From Licmophora abbreviata (taxonomy: Eukaryota): DNA of 39,894 nucleotides. The stretch's first letter is position 1. Every line of letters begins with the position of its first letter. Below are positions 23,532 through 34,563 of the stretch, piece by piece. The notes below the pieces were generated by a model. That model was not told the DNA's origin. It did not search any database and saw only the letters and a program-made list of their open reading frames with translations. The position numbers and the translations under genes are program-made. The DNA lies in the NCBI GenBank assembly GCA_900291995.1, contig OLMU01000707.1:1-39894 (forward strand), in the 5' to 3' direction.

Positions 23532-23950
23532 GCATGATCTTTATAACCTCTCTATCTCATTTCCTTCTTTCGCGCGCTGTCAAGCAATCAATGCGACGAA
23601 GGTGTCGTTCGCGTCTTCGCTTTTCCCAATCAATCCTCTATCGTGCATTAGCCGGTAGCTGCCACGCGGAAGTCAATTTGCCATTTTCAAATTTCGTCTG
23701 GCCGACAATAAGACCTTAAGCCTTAACGCTGACACCTGATGACACGATGTGATGTTTTGACGATTCGCGAATGTTTCAAAGTTTGACATCGTTGCTTGGT
23801 CTACATTGACACAACACCTGCGGTTGCAGACTCGGGAATGGCATTCCATTGACGGTCGCCGCGCTACGAGAACTGGATCTTCCGTTTGACATCCTAAAAC
23901 TTCCGAAGAACGCGGCTTTCGAAAATTGGTGGTTGAGAGCTACAAGCAAC

Positions 23951-25675
23951 ATGCGCTCAAGTCTCAGTAGATCTCTGGCCTTTGTGCCCGACTTGCGCAG
24001 CAACCAGCTGCGTCGTCGGATAGACTGTCCGCAGGCTGACCTATTCGAAAATCGTGCCCATTCACAGCCACATGGACGCGCTCGGGCGCTGCATGCACTC
24101 CCTTGGTGCATTGAACGAAGTGCCGTCAAAGTTCCAGGGCCAGCTCTAGTGGTAGGGCTCGCCGCGTTGTTGATCGGCTTCGTTGCCGGACGTATCTCTT
24201 CTGGTAGGAAGCCACAACGTCTATCAAACGTAGAAGAAGGATCCTTTACTATCATCGACACCGACGTATTGGCGCAAGAAGAAGGGGCTACGCCGATGTG
24301 GCTGAACTTTGCGTTGGGTAGGATGTGGGCTTTGTTCCAGAAGAACACAAAACGATTGATACAAGACGTCATTCAACCTGTTCTGGACGACTCGGAAAAG
24401 CCTGATTTTGTCAAGGGCGTACGTGTAACGAAATTCGTCCCAGGGCGTCAGTCACCCTTCTTCCGGGGTCTCAAACGCCTTCCATCTAGAGCACTGGCGG
24501 AAGTGCAGTATTCGCTTCAAACGATATTCCCCTCGTCGTCTAGGACCGAGTTCGAGGTTGATCTCTCCTTTGGCAAGTTTAACTTCACGGTTCCTGTCGT
24601 AATGAAAGATTTGGATGTTGATGCGCGTTGTTGGGTGGCCTTGACGTTAGCGCCATACGATCCTTTCGTAACGAGTGTAAGCTACGCACTTTTGGAGACC
24701 CCCAAGATTGGCTTCGACATGACCGTGGCGGGCTTCATCCCCATCACCGCTTTGCCCATTCTGAAATCATTCTTTTTCCGTGTCGTAACCGAAGGTGAGT
24801 ATTCGAGCACGGAGCGTTGCTTTCAGGAGACGGTTATGTTTTTGTGATTCTCACTGGAACGTGCTCACATATTTCGTCCTTCAGAGATCCCAAAGGAGTT
24901 CTTGTTCCCCAAGTCGGTGCAGCTCGACTTTACACCCACGGACGTTAGCGCTGAACGAGCGAAAATACACCACGAGAGTTCGCGACAGATTGAAAACATG
25001 ACTGACGAACAGCTGGCAGCCAAACATCCCGAACTATGGTCTCTCTTTGATGCGATCGACTTGGATAACTCAGGCGCTTTGTCTGGCGTCGAGCTTTTTG
25101 CCGGTTTACAGGATTGGGGGTATACAGCTGAGGATGCCTCGCATTCTTTTGCCAAGCTCGATCAAAATGCCGACAACCAAATCTCCTTTCGTGAGTTTGT
25201 TCAGATGTGGCCGAAGTTGGCTAACGAATTTGTGCCTAGCAAGTATCAGGGCGCATTGACTGTGTACCTTCAGCGCGGCGAAAAGATCCCAGAGCCACGG
25301 TTTGGATTGTCGGATCCGTATGTTAGTTTCCGTCTCGGCGATCAAGTTACCCATAGCAAGCGCGATACTGAGAGTTCTGGAAATGGAGAACCAGGCAATC
25401 CTGTCTGGCTGGAGGCATTCGACATGAACTGTGTAGATCCAATGACTGACGAACTAGAAGTAGTTGTACTGGAAGGGTCGCGATGGCAGTTTCCTCCTCG
25501 CAAAGACAAGGAGATTGCTAAGACCACCATGTCGCTAGCTGGGCTTCTGAAGAGACCGACACAGAAGATGAAGCTTAAAATGGAACCCGAAGGAACCCTA
25601 AGGTTCGACCTGTCGTATGCCGATTTTGTCACCAGTGCTCCAGAGGCCGTAACTATCGTCAAAGCGGCTCACTAA
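23951..25675 (+). CDS. Synaptotagmin-like protein: TM + SMP domain + EF-hand pair + C2 domain
   Basis: TM segment LVVGLAALLIGFVAG; SMP entry motif WLNFALGRMW; intron 24795-24884; EF loops DLDNSGALSGVE and DQNADNQISFRE; C2 motifs SDPYVSF and NPVWLEAF. The start codon is uncertain. Confidence 0.8.
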
Positions 25676-25841
25676 AGTTTTACTTGGTAACGCAATTTGC
25701 TACATATTCTATCCGCATCCATTTTGTAGCGGCGGCCTAGGGCATTCGGCGCACTTGGAACAGTCGTTTGCAACCGACCTACATCCACCTTGCCTTGCTC
25801 CGACCTTGTCTACCGATGCGGGGCACCAGGTTGGCCCATTC

Positions 25842-27452
25842 CTACAAAGTTCCCATCTGTTGCATCATCTGCACTATCGAATTCATGTCGGGCGTGCCGT
25901 CACCCATTGGCCTGCCACCTTCATCCATCTGCTGCATCATTGCATTCATGTCGGGACCATTGCCACCTGCTGCCACGGACTGTATCGCCTGCATGAAATT
26001 GTCGGCGCCGCCCAGCATCTGCAAACTGCGCGGATCCATCTGATTGATGCGTTGCATCAGTTTCCTCGGATTGTTGCGCACCTGAGCCGCAATCTGCTTT
26101 CGTTTCTCGGCGCCCTGCTTGCCTTCAAATTTGTTTCCCCCGATTTTCTGTACGACGCTTTGATATTGCTTGTGTGCCTGCAGTAGTATCAGGACTTCCT
26201 TCGGGTGTCTTCCGCTACCGCGAGCGATTCGGTTAATTCGCGATAGAATCTTGGTATCCGTCTTGTACTTGTGCAAATCGACCTTGCCATCGAGTTCCGC
26301 CTCATTCATGGAATCCATCATGTGGACGAAAGAGCGAAAAGGCTCCGAACTTTCGTCATTCCCATCTTTCGGAATCATGTTCGCCTGGATGCCTGGCATC
26401 ATGCCCATCATCTTGTTGATGGCCCCAGTCTGTGTCGTCGATTCCATCTGACTGTACATGTCACGAAGCGTGAACTGTCCCTTGACCATATTTTCCATGA
26501 CCTCCTTTTGTTTCTTTCCTGACGTTAGCTCTTTCATTAAGCCACGCATATCGCCAAATCCAAGCAGCTTGCTTACAAACGATTGCGCATTGAAGGGATC
26601 AAAGTCGTCGAAGTGTTCCCCGATTCCGAGAAAGATTATGGGGGCGCCGGTCGCTGCAACCGCCGACAAGGCACCACCGCCCTTGGCGTGTCCATCGAGC
26701 TTTGTAACGATGACAGATCCGACTTCTACGGCATCATGAAAGCCCAGAGCTTGATCGTAGACAGCCTGTCCTTGTGTGGCGTCCATGACGAACACAGTGT
26801 TGTCAGGCCTGACGGCGGCTGAGATTTCCTGCATTTCGTCAAAGAGAGCAGCTTCCTGCTTGTGTCGTCCCGACGTGTCGACAATAATGATTTCGTACTT
26901 ATCTTTGCGAAATTGTTTGACGCCTTGTTCAGCAATCAAAACGGGGTCGGCTTCGGTGTAGCTCCCGTAAAAGGGAATGCGTAGTTTGGTAGCATTCTGT
27001 TTCAATTGATCGAAAGCACCGGCACGAAAGGTATCGGCACACACCATGGCCGTCTTCCATCCCTTGCGCTGATAGTATTTGGCGAACTTTGCGATAGAGG
27101 TCGTCTTTCCAGCGCCCTGTAAACCAACAAACAAGATAACATTGGGCTTGCTTCGCTTCAATTTGTAGGGCGGAGCTTCGGGAGTGAGCATGGCTACAAG
27201 CTCGTCGATGACAACTTTCTGGACGAGTTTTGAGACATTTGGGTTCTTCGCGTCCTCCAAGAGGGAGTTGACCTTGATTTGGATGTTAGTTCGAAGCTGC
27301 ATGACGAGTTTGACGTTCACGTCGGCTTCAATCAAGGCACGACTGACTTCAGAGAGGAGCGTGCTGAGCTGCTTTTCATCGACGCGTCCGGACGAGCTGT
27401 GCAGCTTTCGCAGCGACTCGCGCAGCTTGCCGCCGAGCTCTGCCAGCACCAT
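25842..27452 (-). CDS. SRP54: Signal recognition particle 54 kDa subunit (cytosolic type)
   Basis: MVLAELG, GLQGAGKTT, DTFRAGA, DTSGRH, TKLDGHAKGGGALS, RIARGSG and a Met-rich tail. Intronless. Confidence 0.97.
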   Translation of the reverse strand: MVLAELGGKLRESLRKLHSSSGRVDEKQLSTLLSEVSRALIEADVNVKLVMQLRTNIQIKVNSLLEDAKNPNVSKLVQKVVIDELVAMLTPEAPPYKLKRSKPNVILFVGLQGAGKTTSIAKFAKYYQRKGWKTAMVCADTFRAGAFDQLKQNATKLRIPFYGSYTEADPVLIAEQGVKQFRKDKYEIIIVDTSGRHKQEAALFDEMQEISAAVRPDNTVFVMDATQGQAVYDQALGFHDAVEVGSVIVTKLDGHAKGGGALSAVAATGAPIIFLGIGEHFDDFDPFNAQSFVSKLLGFGDMRGLMKELTSGKKQKEVMENMVKGQFTLRDMYSQMESTTQTGAINKMMGMMPGIQANMIPKDGNDESSEPFRSFVHMMDSMNEAELDGKVDLHKYKTDTKILSRINRIARGSGRHPKEVLILLQAHKQYQSVVQKIGGNKFEGKQGAEKRKQIAAQVRNNPRKLMQRINQMDPRSLQMLGGADNFMQAIQSVAAGGNGPDMNAMMQQMDEGGRPMGDGTPDMNSIVQMMQQMGTL

Positions 27453-27808
27453 GGTGTGTCTTTACTGGAGTACGTGCTGTAGTGAGTCGCTCTTTTCCAT
27501 GTACGATATCACACGTCGGTCGCCGCGGCTTTTGCCATTGTTCAATGTGAGGTTTGGATCGAAGGAGCGACGGCTGTTGTGCATACGTATCATGCAACTA
27601 GTATACATATACTCGTAGGTTATTATCGTCGTATGGGCGGCGGCAAGACGGTATCGGAGCTCTGTCATTGCTTCTGTCACTGCGACACGCACTGACATTT
27701 CGCTCCATCTGGTCCGGGATCTGTTTCGTGTCTTCGGCAATCCGTGTCACAAATCACATCAGTCCTGTATGATACATACCATCACATTCGCATCCAAGCT
27801 CAGCCACC

Positions 27809-28528
27809 ATGACGACTCGTTTCGTTGCTATTCTGCTTCTTGCTGCCTCGTCTGAGGCCTTTGTGTCGCAGTCAGGGCGTTCCTTTCGTCCCCGCACGGC
27901 TCTGAACCTCGAAGACCGCATTGCCAACATGTACGTGTCGAAAAAGGCCGACGAGCGCTCCGAGTGCACACAGATTTCGGGACTGAATCGACTCTATACG
28001 AGTAATGATGGAAATCTGACTTGCTTTCTCGCTTGCTCTCCTCTCTGTTCCGTAGGATCGACAAGGAACTCGATCGCTTGCTTCACAAGGACGAATTGGA
28101 ACGCAAGTGGATCGAAAAGAATGCGAAAGTTCTTGAAACTCACGTCCCGGCTGGGTTCGACTTTGACGACAATTCCATGATGGACGAAGTCCTTTCTCCC
28201 TTACAGAGACGGAAGGATCGCAAAATGGCCAAGAACGATCCACAGAAGTATTGTGCGGATCGATGCCTGACCACTGGAAACTGCGATGTCTACGAAGAGT
28301 TGTAAGTCACGATGTAGTGCGAGTTGCTGACAGAGTGCGCGATATGTCGCTTGTAACATCTGCTTCCGCTTCTGCTCATTTTTCTCACACACCGTTCTTT
28401 ACAGCTTTGAAATGTCTCCCAGCGACGTCGTCAAGTTCTGCAGCGAGTGTGTCTTGTCGGAGGATGAAGAGCCGTGTGACGTGCCCGATGCCATGTTGGA
28501 GGGCGGATTCAAGAAGCTGCTTCCCTAG
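27809..28528 (+). CDS. Small plastid-targeted protein with a six-cysteine C-terminal domain, function unknown
   Basis: Signal peptide ..AASSEA-FV followed by a basic transit peptide. Introns 27931-28055 and 28302-28404 join three exons in frame. YCADRCLTTGNC..FCSECVLSEDEEPC. Confidence 0.8.
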
Positions 28529-28734
28529 TTCCTCCCAAGCTTGGTGCAGCGACACATGGTGACGTGTGAATGAAAGGGTACCTGGGACATCGAAACACTG
28601 ACGAGACTTGAGGTGGAATGCCGAGCTTTGTGCCGCACGACGTAACGTAGATACAGTAAACTTAACTACGTATAGATACAGGACTACTACGCCGTACCTC
28701 CCTCTCGCCCGTATTCTCTACCCGGAAAATCGTA

Positions 28735-31310
28735 TCATAAGAACTGGTCAGCCGGTAGAGACCCAAACTTGGACGACATGTCTTCTTCTCGGCTCAGATC
28801 TTTGGATTTTTGTTTCGTTTTGGTCATGTAAAAACTCTTGTTCAATGCGTCGGGGTCCATCAAGGCGCTCACGCAAACTTGCGCTACCTCGTCTCGCGAC
28901 ACAGCTGACAATGACTCATCGTCGTTCGACTTGAGTAAGCAACAAGACATGGAAATTGACACATGAGCGGGCATTCAAGAGAGTTACAGGTCATCAACTA
29001 TGGACAAAGCTGCAAAACAACTTGTACTTACCGACTTCAGGTCGATGGTGCTGGCTTCCCCTGACGGCGACTCGTTGTATCCGCTTACACGGACTATCGC
29101 ATAGCTACGTTCGACGCGTAACGAATCAAGAGAAATGCAATAATCGTCAGCACATCAATACATGTACGACTCAGTGCTGGTACACTCCGTATACTACATC
29201 AGAGCACTCACCTCAGTCCACTGTTCCTGAGAATCTCTTCGCCGCGAAACTTGTAATACGTCTCTTCGGTGCTTCGCCCATTGCGATTGGCACTCTTGAG
29301 CGTAGCCTCGTCTAGCAAACTGACGGGGGCGTCGTCGTCATTCGCCGAGGGCGCAAGTACCAACTGTCTTGCTCCATGCTGAACCATGCTACGATGGACG
29401 ACCGGTGGAATACGAGCATCGCTTAAAAAGACAAACTCGGGCTCAGGCTGTGATCGATACACCTTGATGTAGCAGAATGCAAGGTAGAAGCTAGTCAGTT
29501 CACCTGGTTCCAGCTTCGATTTCTGATTGTTGCTCTCGCTGCGATATCGGAACCCGATCTGCCGCACGTCTTGTCCCCGAAACGGTGGCACAGAGTGGGG
29601 CTCGTCAGGACGTCCAGCGTTTCGTCGTGTCGGAACGAAATTTTCAAAGGGAAGTCGGACAGTCGTAAATCGATTCTGTGACTGCCCTTTCTTCTTTGGC
29701 TTGGTAGGAGTTCGGAATTCGCACACGTACTCGATTCCATCAGTCTCATACTTCTCAGATCGAACAAACGCTTCGTAGGTGCCTCCATCCGCACACAAAC
29801 GACAAACGAGCCCAGCAAAGCCGTTGCTAAGGTCGATACCTTTCTCTGGGTCTTCCCGTGCCCGCAGACGACTGCTCACTACCGTTGCCTCGCCACCCAG
29901 ACCACCAATCTGTTTGGGGACTTTTCCGACAAAGACGCCATGCTCGAACTTGTTCTTCATCCACTGGACCTGTGCTTTGACGGCGGCGCCCTTTCGAGTA
30001 GCAGTGGTGGTGTAGGGCTGCTCGCGTAATTCTGCTTCGTCCTCGTAGTTTCTGTATGGATCGTCCGTCTCGGCATATTCATCAATCATATCTGCATAGG
30101 AATCCTCGTTATTGCCGTATTCAAAAGCGTCATTCTTGTCCGTGACAAACGACTTTGACGATTCGCCAAGAATTGATGCGGTGGCACCAGCGCCAGCATC
30201 GGTCTCGTCGTCGTCGTCAATGGCGAACAGATAGAAGTCTTCTGGGCGATCCTGAAATTTGAAGAGCGATCGCTTCGCAGCCTGTGATGTGCCGTAGTCG
30301 GCAAATCGCACGTTCTGGTATGCACATACCAAATTCTGCATGCCGACGCAGTCCACCTGCTCAGCCAGTCGCGCTCGGAGCTCCAGGATAGACTCGAGCT
30401 GCTCCCATTCTATGTCACTCTGCGACTGTTCCTGTTTGACTAAAGGCTCTTCTGCTGCTAGATTTTCCTTGACGAAATCTTCGAACTTGCTGGAAAAGTC
30501 CGCCTCGTCAGCCCGGGGTGCCCCAGCGCAAAAGACAATCTTGTCGACGTCCGTGACAGCGTATTCCAAGCTCTCGATGTTTCCCAAATCACCTTGACAG
30601 TATGTTACGCCTGTTCCCAACATATTCAGCGTTTTTGAGTACAAATCTCTTACCAAGACACGCACGCGAAATCGGCCATCCAACAAGAGTCTTCGCACTA
30701 CCAATCGGCCGACAGTTCCCGTCGCGCCGACTACCAATACTTCGGGAACATATCCATCTGCCTGCATGCGATCAAACAGAGGATTGCGCTCTGAAAAAAG
30801 AGCCCCGCCAGGCTCCAGAAACCGATCGTCGGCATAGTAGACTGAGCGTCGTTCTGGCGATAATTGGCCACCAGAACCGAGAGTCGTCAGGGCCGTATCG
30901 ATCGTCTGGCGAAACTTCTTGCCGGCCTTGAACGGATCCAGTACATTCAACAGATTTCCAGCGTCATCGTTGACAGATTTCTCTGTAGCCTTTAAGCTGT
31001 TTAATTCAGCTGCCGCCTTGGCTACTTCCTTCTGCTTTTGTTCCTTGCTTTTGCCGTCCGACTTTGATGTCGACTTGATCGGAGGTCGCTTCCTGTTCTT
31101 GGTGGCTTTTCTTGGTCGTTTACTAGAACCAGATCCTTCGTTTGCATCTAGTTTCGCATGCAGGTGGGATGACGACGGTTGCGAGAATCGATGGAGGGTC
31201 GAAACACTAATAGATCTCACCGCTCTTTGTGGAGTCCAGGCCAATGTGAACCAGGCAAATTTTCTCGAAACTAGGAGCGAAATCAAAACCGAAAACACTC
31301 TCCGACTCAT
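28735..31310 (-). CDS. HCF173-like atypical SDR: NAD(P)-binding Rossmann fold interrupted by a CIA30 domain, likely plastid-targeted
   Basis: VLVVGATGTVGRLVVRRLLL, CIA30-like ATVVSSR..FTTVRLPFENF, KFRGEEILRNSGLSYAIVR and VSRDEVAQVCV. Introns 29211-29105 and 29031-28930. Hydrophobic leader ends in TLA-W. Confidence 0.8.
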
Positions 31311-31682
31311 TCTGGTGAGTATTAGGAGCGCAAGAACATGTAGTGTGTAAGAAAAGGGTCGATTCGAGGTGAGAAACCAATCGTTCGTTTCATATGGTCA
31401 ATGATGCTGCTGACATGATGTTGTGTTCATGGATTTTATGAACGCAATCTTGAATGAATCAATCTGCTCGGCGTCGTTTCGCTCTTTGTTTCAGAGGCTC
31501 ATAACCGTTGTGGGGCGCGCACATTGCTCGCTCACAGCCACGAAAAAGTTGCGCGCGCCAAATATTGCATTTCGAATTTCGATTCGCGATGTTGTTTGTG
31601 TGATGACGAAGAGATTGATCACAGTCGACGCGTCGGAACACCTACAAGCTGTCGTGCAAGGCTTTTGTGTCTGATAATCACC

Positions 31683-32164
31683 ATGAGATTACTGACGCAC
31701 AATACATTGAGAAACAATAGCGAGGCGGCGCAGGGAAAAGGATTTCCGCTCAAGATTGTCGCCACCGAAATTCATGTGGATGACCCGGTGGGTGATGACG
31801 ATCAACAGATAGCCTTTGTTCGAGGGGTCCTGGGAATGCTTGAGTGGCCTGCTTTGGTCCAGGTATGTTTGTTGTCATATGGGGCGGGCGAAATCTTGAA
31901 AAGTTTCTGAACTGCGAAGTTTCAATCCAATAACTCTACTCACAGGCGGCATCGGAAATGGGTCTTTCGACGTTACCTCCTACTCTCACAGAAGCTTTGG
32001 CCAAAGACCCCACTTTTCTCAAAGCTCTTTACCATGTGTTGATGAATGTGCATCTAGTGAAGGGTGTGCTCACATGCCCGGTCTCTGGACGAGAGTTTCC
32101 CGTACGCGACGGGATTATGATGATGATGCTTGATGAGGAAGAATGTGAGCGTGTACGGATATAG
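31683..32164 (+). CDS. TRM112: Multifunctional methyltransferase activator subunit
   Basis: MRLLTHN, GFPLKI, LEWPALVQAA, GVLTCPVSGREFPVRDGI. Intron 31863-31945. Confidence 0.93.
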
Positions 32165-32809
32165 GAGAGGAAAATTCGTGTCTGGAATGGCGTTGCAATC
32201 GTTGCCACCGAGTATGCAACGAACGGCACATGCACTCCCAGGTGTAAGAACAGAGGTTGTAATGCCAGAAGGCTCATGTGACTTCATCCGCGGTCGCCTG
32301 GCCAACTTTCAAGGCTTGTACAACAATACTCTCGATACCGGCAACGTCAGGGTTCCAACGCCCTGTTTCGACAGCATCGAAATTTAAGGTTTCATATTGC
32401 CTTAGGCTCTATGCGTTTGATTATGTTCTAGTGTGTCGTTGGTCGTCTCTATGCTCTGAGCACTGGAGCGACATCAGAGTGGCTAACAACTTTGAAGCCC
32501 GTCGAATGCAAAAGTGCGCCAGCAAACCAAGTCACCGAACACCGGCCCGAACTCTGTGCCCCGCGCACGCGACCCGCGACAAAATGCATCGCATTCGTCA
32601 ACAGTATGATATATCATACGAACTTCGGCACGTCGGCGCATGGATTCTTTCATTCTTTCGTCGCTTTGTGTGAACACACAACTTGACTCAAATCAGCTAG
32701 AATACAGAATACGTCCAAGCGCTGCAGCCCTATCTATCGAAACTCTCTGCTGATACGGTGATCGGACTTTCATCCGGCCTTCTTGTTTCGACGTGATCGG
32801 ATCGAAAGG

Positions 32810-34121
32810 ATGGCGACGAGTGGCGACCCCTTTCTACCTCCTACAGCCGTTGTCCTGGGAGTGCTGCAGTCGAGCGCGCCCTACGCCGATGAAGCTGAGA
32901 AGGAAGCATGCATGGTGAGAGGCAGGAACCACTTGACCGCGCACGTGTCGTACTCGCAAAGAGAACCCGTCGTCGCTGTCGTGACTCGGTTCAAGCCGTA
33001 TGTATTGATTGGCTCAACATTACTCTCGAATATCGATTGCAGAAACTCGTCGATGAACTCACAGCAGAAGAACAGGAGATGGCTGCAAGAACGTCCTACG
33101 CGTACTGGGTCGCCTCGACCACTGGTTTGTTCTCGGCGGGCAGTGATCTTGATCCGGTGGTCGTGAAGCAAGCCATGGCCATGCGGGAGGCCCGACGACA
33201 CCTTGTCGGAGAGGACGGTGATCATGAGAAAGCTTTCAAGCGATTACGTGAAACGTGTCAGGATCGAAAGGTACTGTACTAGCAGTTGTAGTTTGAGCGA
33301 ACGAGCCGGACCAGAGACTCTCGCAGGGATATATCCCGAAATGCGTGCTCACCATGTGTTCGCCGACACCCGTATCTGTTGTATCGACACAGGAGCGCCG
33401 AGTGGATGTCTTTCGTACTTGCTTCAGAGAGGATGTTGAACATGAGTCCGAAGAGGGATCGAAGATTGCTAAGAAGTATCGAGATTTGCTTTGGGATGAC
33501 ATGCAAAAGCAGGCAATGGTCGTGCGGGGCATGGACCGCGACTTGCACGCCATTGTCGTCAAATTCCCGCGATTGGCTAGCGATACCACTCAAGAGCCCT
33601 TTTTCGCTGCGCAGACCTACATCGCGGAGCGAGTCATTGCCACTGCAGAAATCTTGTCTGTAGGAAAACTGGAGAAGGTCACGGCGATATTTGATTTCGC
33701 TCAATACAGCAGAAAAAATGCTCCTCCGAGAAGTGCTATTAAGGAAGTTATTCGTGTTCTACAGCGAAACTACCCGGAACGACTGAAGATATTACTCATC
33801 ATGAACGCCTCGCTCGCGATGAGGGTTCTCTTTAAGATACTTCGCCCATTCTTGAGTCCTGCCACGAGGGAGAAAGTGCGGCTTGTATCGAAGGTGAGCA
33901 CAGTTGAAGCGTGTTGCTTGTTACTTGTTACTTAGGAAGCCTCTCCATTCGAGCGTAACCCATCGCTTCCTTCCTGCGGCCCACAGGACGAACTCGAGCC
34001 TTTGGTTGCTGATGGGCATGTGGAAACGGTCACTTCGCCGGTCGATCTGGAGCGATTCTTCACTACGCCATTTCACCAGTTATATGAGCAGCCTCCACTG
34101 CCCGATGGCAACGATGAGTAA
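32810..34121 (+). CDS. CRAL-TRIO (Sec14-like) lipid-binding protein
   Basis: VRGMDR, AIFDFAQYS, LQRNYPERLK, LRPFLSPATREKV. Introns 32915-33042, 33271-33392 and 33894-33986 give a continuous frame to TAA 34119-34121. Confidence 0.85.
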
Positions 34122-34563
34122 AAACCAACAAGGCAACTTGTATGATATCAGAAATCCAGAGCTGCGCATCGTTGCTCAGCAATCACAAGCACGAACTCGG
34201 TACCGCTTACCGGTACTGCTTGAAGATCCAAGCTCTCTAGCCCATAGAATAGAGTTATTCTCTTTCGAATCTGTCGTCCTCTCGGAGAACGCCCTCAGAG
34301 CTATCATGCCTGTACGAGTATGACTGTTCGTCGCCATGGTCTCAATTCGGAATCTGGAATGTGGAATCTAGAAGAGTCGAGTCAGTCGGATATGTTTGAT
34401 TGACGCCACCCGCGATCACCGTGAGAGATCTTTTCTCTTTCCCAGACTGAAGATGCAATGCCACCCTCATCAGTCTTCACTGATGATGTCTGGTATGCCT
34501 CGTTGCTCTTTATACAGAGCGTCGAACGTCTCCAAAGCGCATAAAGGTCGAGCCTCTTCCAGG

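Noticed and set aside
31553..31580. GCGCGCC followed by TTCGAA upstream of TRM112 as a fourth composite element
   Set aside because: The GC box is in the opposite orientation and the spacer is 11 nt, so it does not fit the N7 pattern.
32783..33282. Apparent frameshift between overlapping ORFs at the CRAL-TRIO 5' end
   Set aside because: It is resolved by a canonical intron 32915-33042 (GTGAGA..TTGCAG) joining EACM to KLVDEL.
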